A stretch of DNA of 64,000 nt from Botryllus schlosseri. Taxonomy: Eukaryota. The stretch lies in contig CM119372.1 of assembly GCA_051294905.1 (NCBI GenBank), positions 30,566,001 to 30,630,000 of the forward strand. The letters run 5' to 3'. The notes beneath the pieces were generated by a model. That model worked only from the letters and a program-made list of their open reading frames with translations. It was not told the origin of the DNA and made no database searches. This document shows, one piece after another, positions 46,692-59,800 of this stretch. The position numbers and the translations under genes are program-made. Numbering within the stretch: position 1 is the first letter of the stretch; every line of letters starts with the position of its first letter.

Positions 46692-49600
46692 ATGGCCAAC
46701 TCCGATCAACAGTTATCAGGAGATGAATTTCATCGCATGCAATTACAAATATTGGAGCTGCGTACGGAGAACTACCAACTGAAGGATGAGAATAGAAAAT
46801 TGAAAAGAGATTATACGGCGGCGTCACAAAATGAAACTAAATTGGAAAAAGAAGTAAGAATTCTTTTGGTAAATTTTTATCACAATAAGGCTAATGCTCG
46901 GTAGTTCAGCTTGTGTACAACACATAATCTCTCGTCACTCGTCTCGATAATTTTTTCCTGGATTATCCACGAAATTATTACCAATAGCAGAATTTATGGC
47001 CTTTGCCTGTTCTGAATCATGGGTAGAGCTTTTCACCGAGCGCTCGAGACGACAGATTTCGTGTGGTTGGGAGAGGCCGTTCTCACTTTCATTAGGGTGC
47101 CTTGGAGTCGACTTTTATCAAAATAGTCCTTGCTTACAGAAGGAATTCGTGTACCATCTAAAATAGTACATTGAGCTTAAGCGCTCTCTTCGCTCCGATT
47201 ATTCAAAATTTCATGCCAGCGACTTCGTATTTTGTGATACGATTGTTGATGTACAATGCTCTTTCCAATTCTGTACTAGTTGCTGACGATAACCCCTGAC
47301 GAGTGTCAGCCGAAAATATTCGGGTTCATTTCAATATATGCATATATCATTCAATTGTATATTGAAGTTCTGTACCTCCAAGATGTTCTTGGTATCAATT
47401 TGAAATAGCCTACATATTGAAACATTCTTTATGTTTATGCCTTGACACCTGAAATGTGAAAAGAGGTCCAGCAAATGCAATTGCGATTTTACACCGAATA
47501 AATTGTTTGTACTTCCCACGAGAAGACGCCAGCTTGAGCTCAAAATGAGGTCCTGACTTTTTTAAAACTGCCACAGCTTGAGCGGCTGGTCTATCACTAA
47601 AAGTTGTAGCTTTGACGATGAATCTCTACATGATGATACTAATATATCCTTGCATTCTGCAGGTAAGCAAACAAATCAAACTGCGTAAAGCCTTCACGAC
47701 GCTCAACAAGTCGAAGCAGGCCGCCGAATTCGAAGAGCTCCTACAGCAAAACGAACAGGCCTTCATTCTACAGAACCAAACCCTCGCCAAAGAGCTCGGA
47801 AAGCTGCAGACCGCCGTCAAGACACTGGAGAACGAAAACAGACAGTACAAGCGTCAAATCAGCCTCGCCCCGCAGGATAAAGCCAAAGATGCCGAGATGC
47901 GGAAGCTGCAGGCAGCCAACACAGCCTTGAAACAATCGTTAGATTCGCTGAAGCAAGCAAAGATGAACGATATGGTGGATGGCACTGAATCCACGATAAG
48001 CGACAGTACGGAGTCTGTAAGTACAGCAGACGACAACGTGAATAACAAGGAAAGAGATATCAAAACCGTGACTAAGCAAAATTCGAAATTACTGAGTAAG
48101 GACGGCCGTAGCGAAAGCGATGCTGATTCCCAGGTTCAAATTTTGACTTTACAAGAAGAGAAAAGGCTACTCGAATTTGAATTAGACAACGCAGTCAAAA
48201 AGCACGACGCCAAAATCAACGAAATCACGGAAGCGATGGCGTTACTGCAAGAGAAGCTGGACCAAAAGCAAAAATCGTGCAACAGCCTGCAAAAAGACAT
48301 CAACGAGCTGCAGACTTTTAAGAAAAGCGCACTCGATTCCGCTAGCAAGTTAACGGAGGAACACGAGACGTTACGCAAAAAAGCGGATGAGTTATCGTCA
48401 GAGAACGCGGCCTTGAGTAAATCCGTGCGCGAATCGGAAATAATAACAAAGCAGCAGCACGAATCGTTGGAACACTGGCGGAAACAAGTTGACGCCAAGG
48501 ACGCGGAATGTAAAGCGTTAAAATTACAGAATGCCCAAAATTCGGAGACGTTAGAAAAAATGACAAAAGACACGGATTCCTCGCTGTCGAGTTTAGAGCT
48601 GCTGCAGAAAGAGAAGGACGAGCTGCAGGGTCGGTATGAAAAAAGCGTCAGCGTAGGCGAGGCGCTTCTAAACCAGCACACTAAACTTGAGCGTCAAATG
48701 GAACAGCTACAGCACGAACTGCAGCAGAGCAAGATTTTGTCGGAGCGGCAAGAGGAGAAGTTGCAGGATGTGGTGAAGTACGAAAAAGAGATTGAGGGCT
48801 TGAAGACACAAGTACGGGAAGCTTTGGAGCTGGCGGAAAAGCGAAAAAAAGTGGCTGACGCTCAGTCTGTTGAGGCGCAGGAAATGGTGGCGAAATTCGA
48901 TTCCCGCGTGGCTGATACTGAAAAATCTTACGAAGAGAAGTTAAAGGCAATTGAATCTGACCGCGATACAAAAATAAAAAGCTTGGAAGACACGGTAAAA
49001 GCTCACGAAGACGAGCTGATACGCGCGCACCATCAGGAACGCGCGAAAACACGCGAAATCGACGGCTTGCAGCAGAAAATCAACGATTTGACTGCGGAAT
49101 GTTCGTCGCTGGAAAATTCGAGAGGGTGGTTCGAGCGGGCGTTACGCGACGCGGAAAAAACGGCCGAATCCGTAACTGATCAACATCGTGAAGAAGTTGA
49201 GAAATTGAGGGAAGACCACGCAGCAGAGTTGAAGAAGGCTCTGAATGTGGCCACGTCGAAAGATGATGATATACGGGAGCGTGAAAAGCGAGCGGAAGAG
49301 CTTGAAACCGCTCTACGCGAACGGGATACGAAAATTAGCGACTTGAAGCGTGACGTCAAAGACGAGGTGCAGAAGCAGCGGCTTGTCGAGAAAAAGGTGC
49401 ACGCCGCCATGAAGGACTTGAAAAAGCAGGTGGCGGCCGAACGTAAGAAAAACGACGTGCTGAGAGAGAAGTTGAAGGAGCGATCAACAGGGGAGAGTAA
49501 TGTCGAGGAATTATTACGAGTCGTCGACACGACTCAACAAACGAATAAACCGCCTTCGGGCGGTGCTAGTTCAGTGAGCTCTTTTAGTTTTCGGGATTTT

Positions 49601-50080
49601 ATCAGCCCCTCGCGTCCGAACGCTACCGGGTCAGTTAGTCCGGTCCCACGCCGCGCCACAGGCGCTTACGTGTCTGACGACTCGTCGCGACTCAGTGCCA
49701 GCGAGACTTCCGATCTTTTGCACCGCGTCGCGGAATTACAAAGTGAAAAATGGGCCTTGGAAGAAAAGGTGAGGCACCTTGAAGAAAGCGGAGGCGCCAT
49801 GGCGGACGAGCTGGTCGAAAAATCGGAAATGGTCCAACGGTACGTACAGCACACTAGAAGCGACAGCGTGAAACGCAACCCAGATCTCGGCACGCCTAAA
49901 ACGTTACGTGACAAAGTCAAGTCTCTGGTGACGGGTCAGGACGATCAGCCCCAGGCCGGGATCGGTAATATTTACGAGCTCAATAAAAAACTGACGCGTA
50001 TGCTGGAGGAGGAAATGACAAAGAATATGGCGCTAAAAAAAGACATGGAGCTTATGGCGGAGCGTATGTCTGCCCGGTAG
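46692..50080 (+). CDS. GRIPAP1: GRIP1-associated protein 1 (GRASP-1), two coding exons
   Basis: Exon 1 46692-46853 (LSGDEFHRMQLQILELRTENYQL, compare [23 protein letters not shown]), donor GAA|GTAAGA; exon 2 47663-50080, long coiled coil with FILQNQTLAKELGKL and C-terminal ELNKKLTRMLEEEMTKNMALK. Confidence 0.92.
47291..47326 (+). ncRNA. Minimal type I hammerhead ribozyme, intact core, within a ~200-bp repeat (~47179-47385)
   Basis: AACCC-CUGACGA-G(UGUCAGC)C-GAA-AAUAUU-C-GGGUU: helix I AACCC/GGGUU, full catalytic core, 1-bp helix II, palindromic helix III, UUC cleavage triplet with predicted cut after 47321. Confidence 0.8.
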
Positions 50081-53000
50081 CGCTTTGGCCGCAGGTACGG
50101 CGGTGTCTGTCATATATGTTAGTGCAATTCTTCATTGTTACCTTTATAGAGCTCTATCTGTTTCAAGTGCGTTGGTGCATAAGTCGCTCATGTTCGGAAT
50201 TTCGATCGATTATTATGGGACGCATGTAGTTTGTGGTTTGCGTTGTTGCAAAGTTCTGTTTTGCTATGGAATTGAGCTCTTTCTGAACGTAACGCATGAC
50301 ATTCAGATGGTTTTCGTTGCAAATCGGACAAATTTTGCAAACTTTAAAAACTTGGTACATCGGTTTTGCGTGTTCATTAGCTCGGTGTTAATTCCAGCAC
50401 GCTTTTGCCAGCGTTGAAAATTTCAAACGGTGCTCCTGGTTTAGGAAATGATGCGCGCACTGAAACTGCATTTCAATGACACAGTGTTTAGATCGGGTAG
50501 TTCATGAGTAATTGTCCAATTGGGTTTTTGAAGTCAATATTAGAACAGCCACAACCTAAATATCGGGATGTCATTGTTTTCAATAGCGCGCTTGTTCTGA
50601 TGTCTTCAGTGGTTCATCCCGATAGCATTCTAAATTACTCTTCCTAGGTAGGCCTGTAATACGGAATTCCACACACCTGAAGTTTGCATGAATAATGTGC
50701 GTCCTATGATGCGTCTAATCAGGACAGTTTCTTTTAGTGTTGACCCGCTAACAGTGAGATACTCATCTGATGTCTCAGTCAATTTTCATATCTGATCAAA
50801 ATTTCATACCTAATGTTATTTTGTCATCTGCTAGTCAGGACTAACAATACACTTAAAATTGTGTGCTTTAATTTTATTCACTTGTTCTGATAGCTCAGCA
50901 CCATTCTCTGGTAAATGTATGATCAGGCTGACATGGTACTGTAAGACATTCTGAAATCGGGACTTTACTGCAAATTAAGCTCTACCAGAAATGTTGGAAT
51001 GTTGTGGAAAATCCGTCCCTAGTATTTGAAACGAGTAGTCCTATTGTCCTACTAGCGAAAATGAATTGAATTTCCAAACATAATGTTTAGTTATGTTCTC
51101 GCTATAGCTGTCATTGATAGGCCCTTAACTGTTTAAATTTTTGTACTAGACTGCAGGTAACAGGCAATCCCATCAATTCAACATTGTTATCGCTTACATG
51201 GTGTTTCATGGTTCTGCGTTTCACTAATCTATGTTTTTGCTTAGTTGCTCTTAGCTATTCTATTGAAACAACAATTGATTTTCTATCGGAATTTCAATCA
51301 AATTGATTTCCCTGACCAGTTTGTTAGGAGTTATCAACTCCATTAGAATTGATTTTAATACCATATGACATCTGCTTTCCACAACATCAAATATTTGGTG
51401 TGGCTGTAGCTGTAATGCTTTGCAATTGCTTGGCCTATCATTCTCAATGCATACCGTACAATTAATGTGCGATAATTTTTTGAGGTTGCCACGGTGTGTA
51501 TGTTCCATTTATTTCTTCTCCACGATGCATCTCGCAAGCTTGATACCGATAATTAGTCATAATTTGCAATATTTATTGAAACGAGAAAACAAATCAAGCC
51601 CTGATGTTTTTGTTGTGCAGTTGGGGACGTGTGATTGTCCGCAATTTCTGATGAATGACATAAGATCATGATTGTGATCTTAATCATTGCAATATAAATG
51701 CGATAGTTCCAATTTATACTCTAAAATCTATGTCCATCATTAATTGTAGCTGAGACGGTCAAGCGCCAGCTGGTCGTTGGTCTATGCATACATTATTGTG
51801 GTGGTCGGGATGCGGTGTAGACTCTGTGTAAGACTACAGTGTAGGGAATTGACACAATTCTACTTCAAATTTAAATTTCCATTTTCTGCTAGCAATGTCA
51901 AATGATTTTGGGTGCATAGCGTTTGGGTTTTGAAAAGTTTGGAATTTAGATAATGCATTCAACTTTTCATAGTTCGTGGGATGGTCATGGTTTCATCATC
52001 TTGTGGGTGGGTATATGTGTCTTTCACTCATGCTGCAGCCGCGCAGCGGTTACTTTCATATCTGCTAACACTGTTTCTCATTTGTTTTACTATTCCGGAA
52101 GTGTGCAGAGAGTGTTGCACAGAATCCCCTGTGTCCAGGGTGGTCAAATTAATCTGTGTTCTTACTCCTGTAGAAGTAGTAGTAGGAACTAAATGACGTA
52201 ATCTAGCTGAGTCTTATACGCGAGTCATCTCAGTGTTACTGATAATTTATCAGGATGTTCTCCGGAACAGAATTTCGCCTCCGGTTCGTTTTGTATGCAT
52301 TGATCAACTAGATGCCAGTTAGTCGGTGTCAGTAATTTCTGATCGTTTGGCTTGATTGCTTACTACAAATCCTTTGTAGCAAACTCACCGTAAATATTTC
52401 ATTGATTGTTAATCCTACATGTGCGCCGAACAAATTCCAATGCTTGATATGTTTTAGCATCAGCTAGTCCATGTACTTCCAATTTTTTCCAAATATATTT
52501 TTTGATTAGTTTCTATTTGAGGCCGCCTGTAGTGTTTGATGGTGTTGACTTTGTCAATATGTGGATAACAGGGTAACCGACCGAAATTGTGTGACAACCT
52601 ATTTGGCGTTGCTAACTTGGTATTTATGTAAAGGCGATCTTTAATCTTTGTACCTTTACCTGCCGAAACGTTTTCCATGGGGATCCAACATCTATTGACC
52701 ACAATACATCAGCAAATTATACAAGATTTGATACATTTATGCCATGTTTCCAAGATGATTTCAGGGAATCATGTGAATATATATGTTCCACGAAAGTGAT
52801 TCAGGGCTCCGGTTCATGTTGCCTGCAAGGTTGCATTCACTCTTATTTATTCAGCATGCCGTGACAAATATCTCTCATTTACTTATTGGAAATGACTTTT
52901 GTACCATGAGCAAATGACTTCGTCGAAATTATGAATATACTAAATTGGATTTGGAACCGTAATGGACCTATCATTTTTATGTTATTGAGTGTCGGCTTTA

Positions 53001-53149
53001 TGGATTAGGCATATTTGTTTTTAGTTTCTGTAATCAAATCATCCCTTAAAATTAGTGATCGATTTATAATAATCAGGCGTCAGGCCGATATTGAGGCTGA
53101 ATTCTTTTATCATCGATTCCTAACATTTCCTCGGTTATATCATTTAAAT

Positions 53150-53454
53150 CAGTGGTTCCCAACCATTTTCGGCTCATCGCCCCCTCGTTAAGCTCGACAC
53201 AAATTTACGGATCCGAAAAAAAGGACTTATAAACAGAAATTATTCACCTAACCGTAATCACTGGTGATTTTACTAAAAATTTAAAAAATGGTTTCTGTGA
53301 CTACTTACTGCTGGGTTGACGATTTTTTTGTGTCAAATTTTGTGTTCTAACATCCCCCCCAATCGCTTCCTTTGGTAATTTTGCCCCTTGTTTCTTAAAA
53401 TCACCTACGGGGGGAGGGGGCGATATCGCCCATGGCACACGTTGGGAATCACTG
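53150..53454. mobile_element. hAT (Buster-type) MITE
   Basis: CAGTGGTTCCCAAC...GTTGGGAATCACTG; TSD atttaaat/atctaaat (7/8). Confidence 0.85.
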
Positions 53455-53869
53455 ATCTAAATGTTTAGCATCTTGATCCTGACCCATTGATTGCCATTTT
53501 CTGACCTTTCAGTTGCAATTCTGTGTGTAATACAGGTTGGGAGGTCAAGGGAAATTGTAAAATAGTGTCAGCCAATAACGCCACCCAAGTGTCAGTATCG
53601 GCCTGATTGTAGAATATCTTCTGACCGCAAAATTTTTCGCAGATGGCGTGAGCACCATCCACTGTGAAATTGACAATTGATAATAAGTTTTGTTGAACGA
53701 TGCTGGTGTTCTCATTTCTAGTCTCGACAATATATATTGAATTTATACATTACGTATATTGAACACTCATTGTGTGCACTTTGTGGGTCAAATTTTAACG
53801 TTCTACCTTTGTCAATTAAGAGGTCCCACTGATTTCGCGCTAGAATGGAAATAGTACTTTTGTTGTGAT

Positions 53870-56800
53870 ATGTATATCGAGAAAGGCACCAAGGTTAAAG
53901 TACTTGTTCTTGGGGATTCTGGTGTGGGGAAATCGTCGCTGACTCATTTGTTATGTCACAATGAGGCGAACAAGAACCCTGGATATACGATTGGATGCTG
54001 GGTTGAAATTAAGGTGGGTTTACTTATAGGTTATGTCTACCTTGACAAAGCACTGCACTCGAGTATGCGCACTCTACTTACATGGCTTGCACAAACTGTT
54101 TTGTTATTGATTAGACTGCTCCTCTCTATTTCAAACAGCAGCTCCCACTAGTGGTAGTGTGAAGTGTGGCTGTCTCTCCGATTATCCAATGTTAGGCCGA
54201 CTTCATCCGAAAATAATTTGATTTGCATTCAATGTTCGCTGTGAGACTGCCATAGTATCATTTTTAATTTTTCAAAACGTGGACCAACAGACACTTCTGT
54301 CTAAATTTGCCTGGGATTGCACAACATTTTTCATGCCGTATTCAAAATGTGCTCTGCCCCACGTCAGTCGCCAATGTCTTGAATCTCCAAAATATACATG
54401 TTTCAAGAATGGAATTATTGATTGGAAGCTTTAGGAGGCATCGGCTAATTTTTGTTTTATTTGATTGATTTCAGAAGTAGCTTGCAGCTATCATTGAAGA
54501 ACCTACTTTTATAGATGAGTGTTGTCATGCAAAATATAGGCCTACTACATTCTTGTACCCACTATTTTGTTAATGCGTTCTGATTTCTATCGTGCAATAG
54601 CGTAGAATTCAATGAATCTTTCGTTTAGATACACGACTACAAAGTAGGGACTCCGCAGGAGCAAACATACTGCTTAGAAGTGTGGGACATCGGCGCCTCA
54701 AACAGCCACACCAGTAGCAGGTAACTTCACTTTTTTTATGTGAATTTTCACAATACAATTGACACTTTGACATGCTATATTATTCATTAGCTAGGGAGAC
54801 GCAAAGTCTAATAACAGTATTTCAATTAGCAATGTAAATTCCAAGCCTGGTTCAAACGCACAGTCACCATCTTTATTAAATCATTTATTGGCAGTTCTTC
54901 AAAGTGCAGACAACGGTGGTCAGTAGTCCAGAAGGCTGCTCAAGTAAAGTAGAATTAGCAACAGAAAATTCCAAGTAGGAGTACATGTAGTGCCTTTCAA
55001 CCGGCCCAAATCTACTTCGAGAAGAATTAGAATTTGCTGTCTTTGAAACTACTCCAGTGAGGAAGTAGTTGATAAAAGCAGTCGTAAAGACGCCCTCATG
55101 GGCCATCAGAATCTGGAAGTTGACATGATGCAGACGGCACAGAGAGCGGGCTTAGTGTTGCTATGTTGCTGTTCATCCCTTGCTGGAGATAACTTTTTCA
55201 ACAGTATAAGGATGTGATACAAATGATCCTTTTCATTAGAATAGTGGTCTATACCTTTTTCACCCCAGCGCCACTTTCACAAAATGTGACGGTACGATTT
55301 TTTGCTGAACCGTATTAACTGTGATGAAATCGTCGTATTGGTGACTATGCGGCTTGAAATTGCACACATAAACCACTATTGACCAAGCTTTTTATGGAAA
55401 TGCATTGGTCTTTCAGTATATATCTCACACGAAGCATAACGAAAATTCTGGACTGGACTGAAAACATACTGATCTCTCTCTCTTATTCGCTCTCCCAAGC
55501 CAGTAAACATCCATATTGGAAGCTTCCAATAAAAAATGTTTGTCCTAATGAGTATCAATGCTGACTTCTTTTGCCACCTCTAACTTGATCGTAATATGTT
55601 ATATGATTATAATATAATTGCATTTTATATTTTTATCTTCTCAAGGTTCATATTTTATTCCGGAGTCGACGGTATCATTTTGGTCCACGATTTAGCGAAC
55701 AGGAAGTCTCTGCAGAATTTGAACAAGTGGATGAACGAAGTGACCAATCAGGATCCGAGCTTGTCGTTGGTCACTGTGGGAAGTGACAGTTCTAGGTTGG
55801 AATCATGTAATGATTTTACGGGATACTCTTTCCAGCCCCCTAGAGTAACTTTCAAAAAGGAAATGCAAATTCACGATTCACCTTTCGCTGAAATAAGTAC
55901 GCTGCAACACATAAAAATATGTGTACAGTATATCTGATTCCTTGCAGATACAAACATAAATCTAATGGTGCTGTGGGTTGCGGTTATTGTCATTTTCGTG
56001 GCGAAATTGTTATGATCTAGCCATATTTTCGGATGGTTGGCTCGGACAAACATTGTATTACATCCAAACTATACTTTCGCAGTGAAAATTTGTATATTTT
56101 TTGTTCAAATTGTCTTGCTACCGTAATAGACTGATTAGGCTACACACCGAAGGACACCAACCATCTGTGTAACTTACAATATGAATGCTGTTGTGACTTG
56201 ACATAGTGCTAACAACAAAGTGGAACTCGCTGAATGCCTGTCTATTATGACACTCGTGATCTTGAATGTGAGCTTAGTTAGTAGCTCCATATCGGTGTTG
56301 TTGGTGACACATAGCTTGTGTTTATGCTTGTGTCGTCCTCTATCTCGCAGCTTTATTGATAGTAAAGAAAGCTACGGTGCTTTTGCCATTCCTGTGACGA
56401 TGATCGGCACCAAACTTGACCAAATATCGGACGAAAAGAGGAGGGAGGTAGCGTCGAGGTCCGCTATCGTCGCGGAAGACTTTGGATGCTCCGAAATCTA
56501 TTTGGTGAGAATGACTCAGATCTAGTTCTTGTCGTCAATAGTTTGAAATCCAAATCTAGCTAAGACTTCATATCCGGTAATGACTGAATCCATGAAAATT
56601 AAACATTCGCATTATGAAAAATATAAATTATTATTAGAAGGTTCATGTCCAAGTCCAGCTTGAAATATTGCAAAGTTGACCAAATTCTCCAGATCCTATT
56701 TTTCTAATTCCAATCCATGGTCAAAGTATTGTCCTTTTTTGTTGATATCATGTCTTGTGCGGTCGAGAAGTGCGGATGGTTAGTTTGGGGGATTCATATC

Positions 56801-59800
56801 CAATCTGGTTTGTAAAACATGGAAATCCTGAACCAATCCAGATAGTGTTTATGCTTCTAGATGAAAAATAATTTTAAAACGTCTTGGGAGCATTTCGGCA
56901 AGATTATTTGGCAAAGTAACCAACTTACCATATAAGCACTTTGTAATTTACCATAAAACTAGCACTTGCATAGATATCTTCGAGATGGATTGGGAAACCT
57001 TAGGAATTTGCAAATTTTGAATGCTGGCCCAGCACTTACTATTGAGGGCTTGCTGGATCCAAAATTCTATTGCTCTACATAATGTTTGAGGGTTTAGGCT
57101 TTTTGTGACCGGGTACCCTAATTACAGGACTTGGTGAAATTTCCTGAGCCTATCTCATTAGTCAAATTCATCCTGGAACACCTTATTGGGCGTTGTTACG
57201 CCTGAATCATGAAATCTTGAATACATCGTGTTTATAGGAACATGCATTATTCTTGTTTCAGGACTGCGCCCAACCTCAATTCATCGCACCAGGCTCTGGC
57301 AATGCGGTGAAATTATCAAGATTTTTTGACAAGGTAACAGCAAGAAGCCGGTTAAAATGAAATAGTCTCTGAAATCGAGGTGGTTAAAGTAGTCATTGAT
57401 AATACTCAAGTAGAATTGGAAGTAATACCGAAAATTTTTACTCGGTGAAAGCAGGGCTGTTCAAGTGAGCAACTTTAAGTAAATTAACCTCAGTGTCAGC
57501 TACACACCACTCTTCCACATTGTCAGCAGTACCAGATGTACCAATGCAATACCAGAGGGGGCTTTTGTGGTTCAGTTAGGGCTGGGGTGTCTAACATTAT
57601 GCTCACAAGTGGATCTGGTCAACCACAGCGTAGCAATGCTAAGTATAGTGATAAGTGCTTGTATTATAATGCAATTTCATTTCTATCTGAGATAATAAAC
57701 CTGTGTGGCCAAATTCTAGGTGTCCGACTGCGATGTTGTTTTTTCACTATAGTCACCCATGGTAGGAAGTCTGTGATATGGAAACCGAATTTAGAGAAAT
57801 CGAAAAAGTGCATGCTCAATTCAAAGTTTTCTGGAGAAATGGACTGAAGAAGCCGTGTATGCAAATTGAATAGTGCTCACATAATTTAACACGAATATCT
57901 GTAGTTGCATTGCTATATAACCTCGGACTCTGGCCACACAATAGGGTGGAGTGAAAATGACTTTTTTTTTTCAAATCAAAAAAGGCCTTCGTCAATCCTG
58001 ACAAATGACCTAAAACTTCAATCAAAAGTGACTTCAGGGTGTTGCCCCCATTTTCCAGCCGGCAACCCCCCAATTTCTGCGCGTGGGGGGGTAAAATGGC
58101 CCATCTCGGCAACCGCTGGTCGTAGAGTCATGATATATAGCTCAAAATCTGCGGAAGCATCATGTTTCTATCTGTCTTCTGAAGGAAGTTTTCTCTATTG
58201 TGAACACAAAATGAGTTATAGCCAAAAAACTATAAATACGCACATTTTTGTTGAAATTCAGCATTTATTCTGACGAATTGTGATCTGTCATTAGTTTTTT
58301 TAAAGTAAGTAACACAGTGGCAATGCCGAATATTGGGCCCATATTACAAATATATTCACAACACAGTCCTTTTAAAAATCGGTTCAAAACATCATAATGA
58401 AACATTCACATTTAACGACTTTTATTAAAAATGCATTCTTTTGTTAAGTTTTTTCATCAGTTTACGAGACTTAATTTTTCGGCGAATGAGGTCATCTCGT
58501 CTTTGAAATCCCGAAACTAGTGCTGATGCTTCTGTTACGAGCTTTACATGTCGTTCGACTGTTTGATTGTGGCATGGATGAAACAAAATCAGAGGCTTCT
58601 CGCGGCATTTAACTCTGCATCAGTTAAGTGCTCAATCGTTGGAGGAAGTTGTTGATAAGGTTCAATATCAACCAATTCGTGGTATGCCTTGGCTTTGGGA
58701 CACAGAATAAACGAATAGGACCCCAGTTCAATTGGTTGGAACTGCTATGACTTTCAATGTCCACAAGTGAATTTTATTCAGCGGCATGTTTTCGAAACGC
58801 AAGCACCTTGGTCACACCCTTATTTCGTATGTCTTCATTATCATCTACCAGCATTGCAATCATAATATTTTCGGGATGTGCGGAATATCCGTTTCTTATC
58901 ACCACATTCGGAGCAATTTTTCGAACGTTTCGGTCAGAGAAATTCAAAACCTGTTTAATCAAGTTGAGAATGTTTCTGGGTCCATGTGTTATATGTTTGT
59001 TTCCCTTGATCTCAAACCAAGTTGGAAAATATACTTCAAGGCAAAAACGAACCAGAATCTCCAGGTTTAAAGGTTGTTCATTAACTGTTACATAATACCG
59101 TAAAACTCTGCACTGCATCCTAAAGTTAGCCATCTTGAATGCGCAACCGGTGGTCCAACCTCCAAGTAAGCCAGATCATCATCAGCATTTCCTTGAATAA
59201 TTGCCCAGCACATTTATAAGCATATAACTGGTCCTTACTTAAGTCACTAACAATTTCCTATGGGAGCTTTTGAAAGGCCATAAGTGGTGGCGAGAGCTTT
59301 TTGAATTGAGTAACTGGCCAACAAGATACACTTCCACGTAGTTTTTTCAATTGGGTGTGACCAAGGTGCTGGCGATTCGAAAACATGCCGCTGAATAAAA
59401 TTCACTCCTGGACATTGAGATTATGTAATAGCGGTTCCAACCAATTGAACTGCAGTCCTGTTCGTTTATTCTGCGTCTCAAAGTTGAACTTGGAAGCAAA
59501 GGTATACCACGAGTTGATTGATATTGAACCTTATATCAACAACTTTCTCCAGCGATTGAGCACTTAACTGATGCAGAGTTAGAAGAATGCCGCGAGAAGC
59601 CTCTGATTTTGTTTCATCCATGCCGCAATCAAACAGTGCATGGAACATCATGTAAAGCTCGTAACAGAAGCATCAGGGCACGTTTCGGGATTTCAAAGAC
59701 GAGATGGCCTCATTCGCCGAAAAATTAAGTCTCGTAAACTCATGAAAAAACTTGACAAAAGAATGCATTTTTAATATAAGACGTTCAATGTGAATGTTTC

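Noticed and set aside
47644-47651. ATATCCTT, the U12-type 5' splice consensus
   Set aside because: Lies in the polypyrimidine tract of a normal acceptor with no upstream exon or U12 branch site; similar hits near 10080 and 25555 are also out of context.
47626-49920. Several minus-strand ORFs up to 181 aa, and similar ORFs opposite CCDC148 (17047-18828)
   Set aside because: Ser/Phe/Leu-rich antisense frames expected opposite Glu/Lys/Gln-rich coiled-coil codons.
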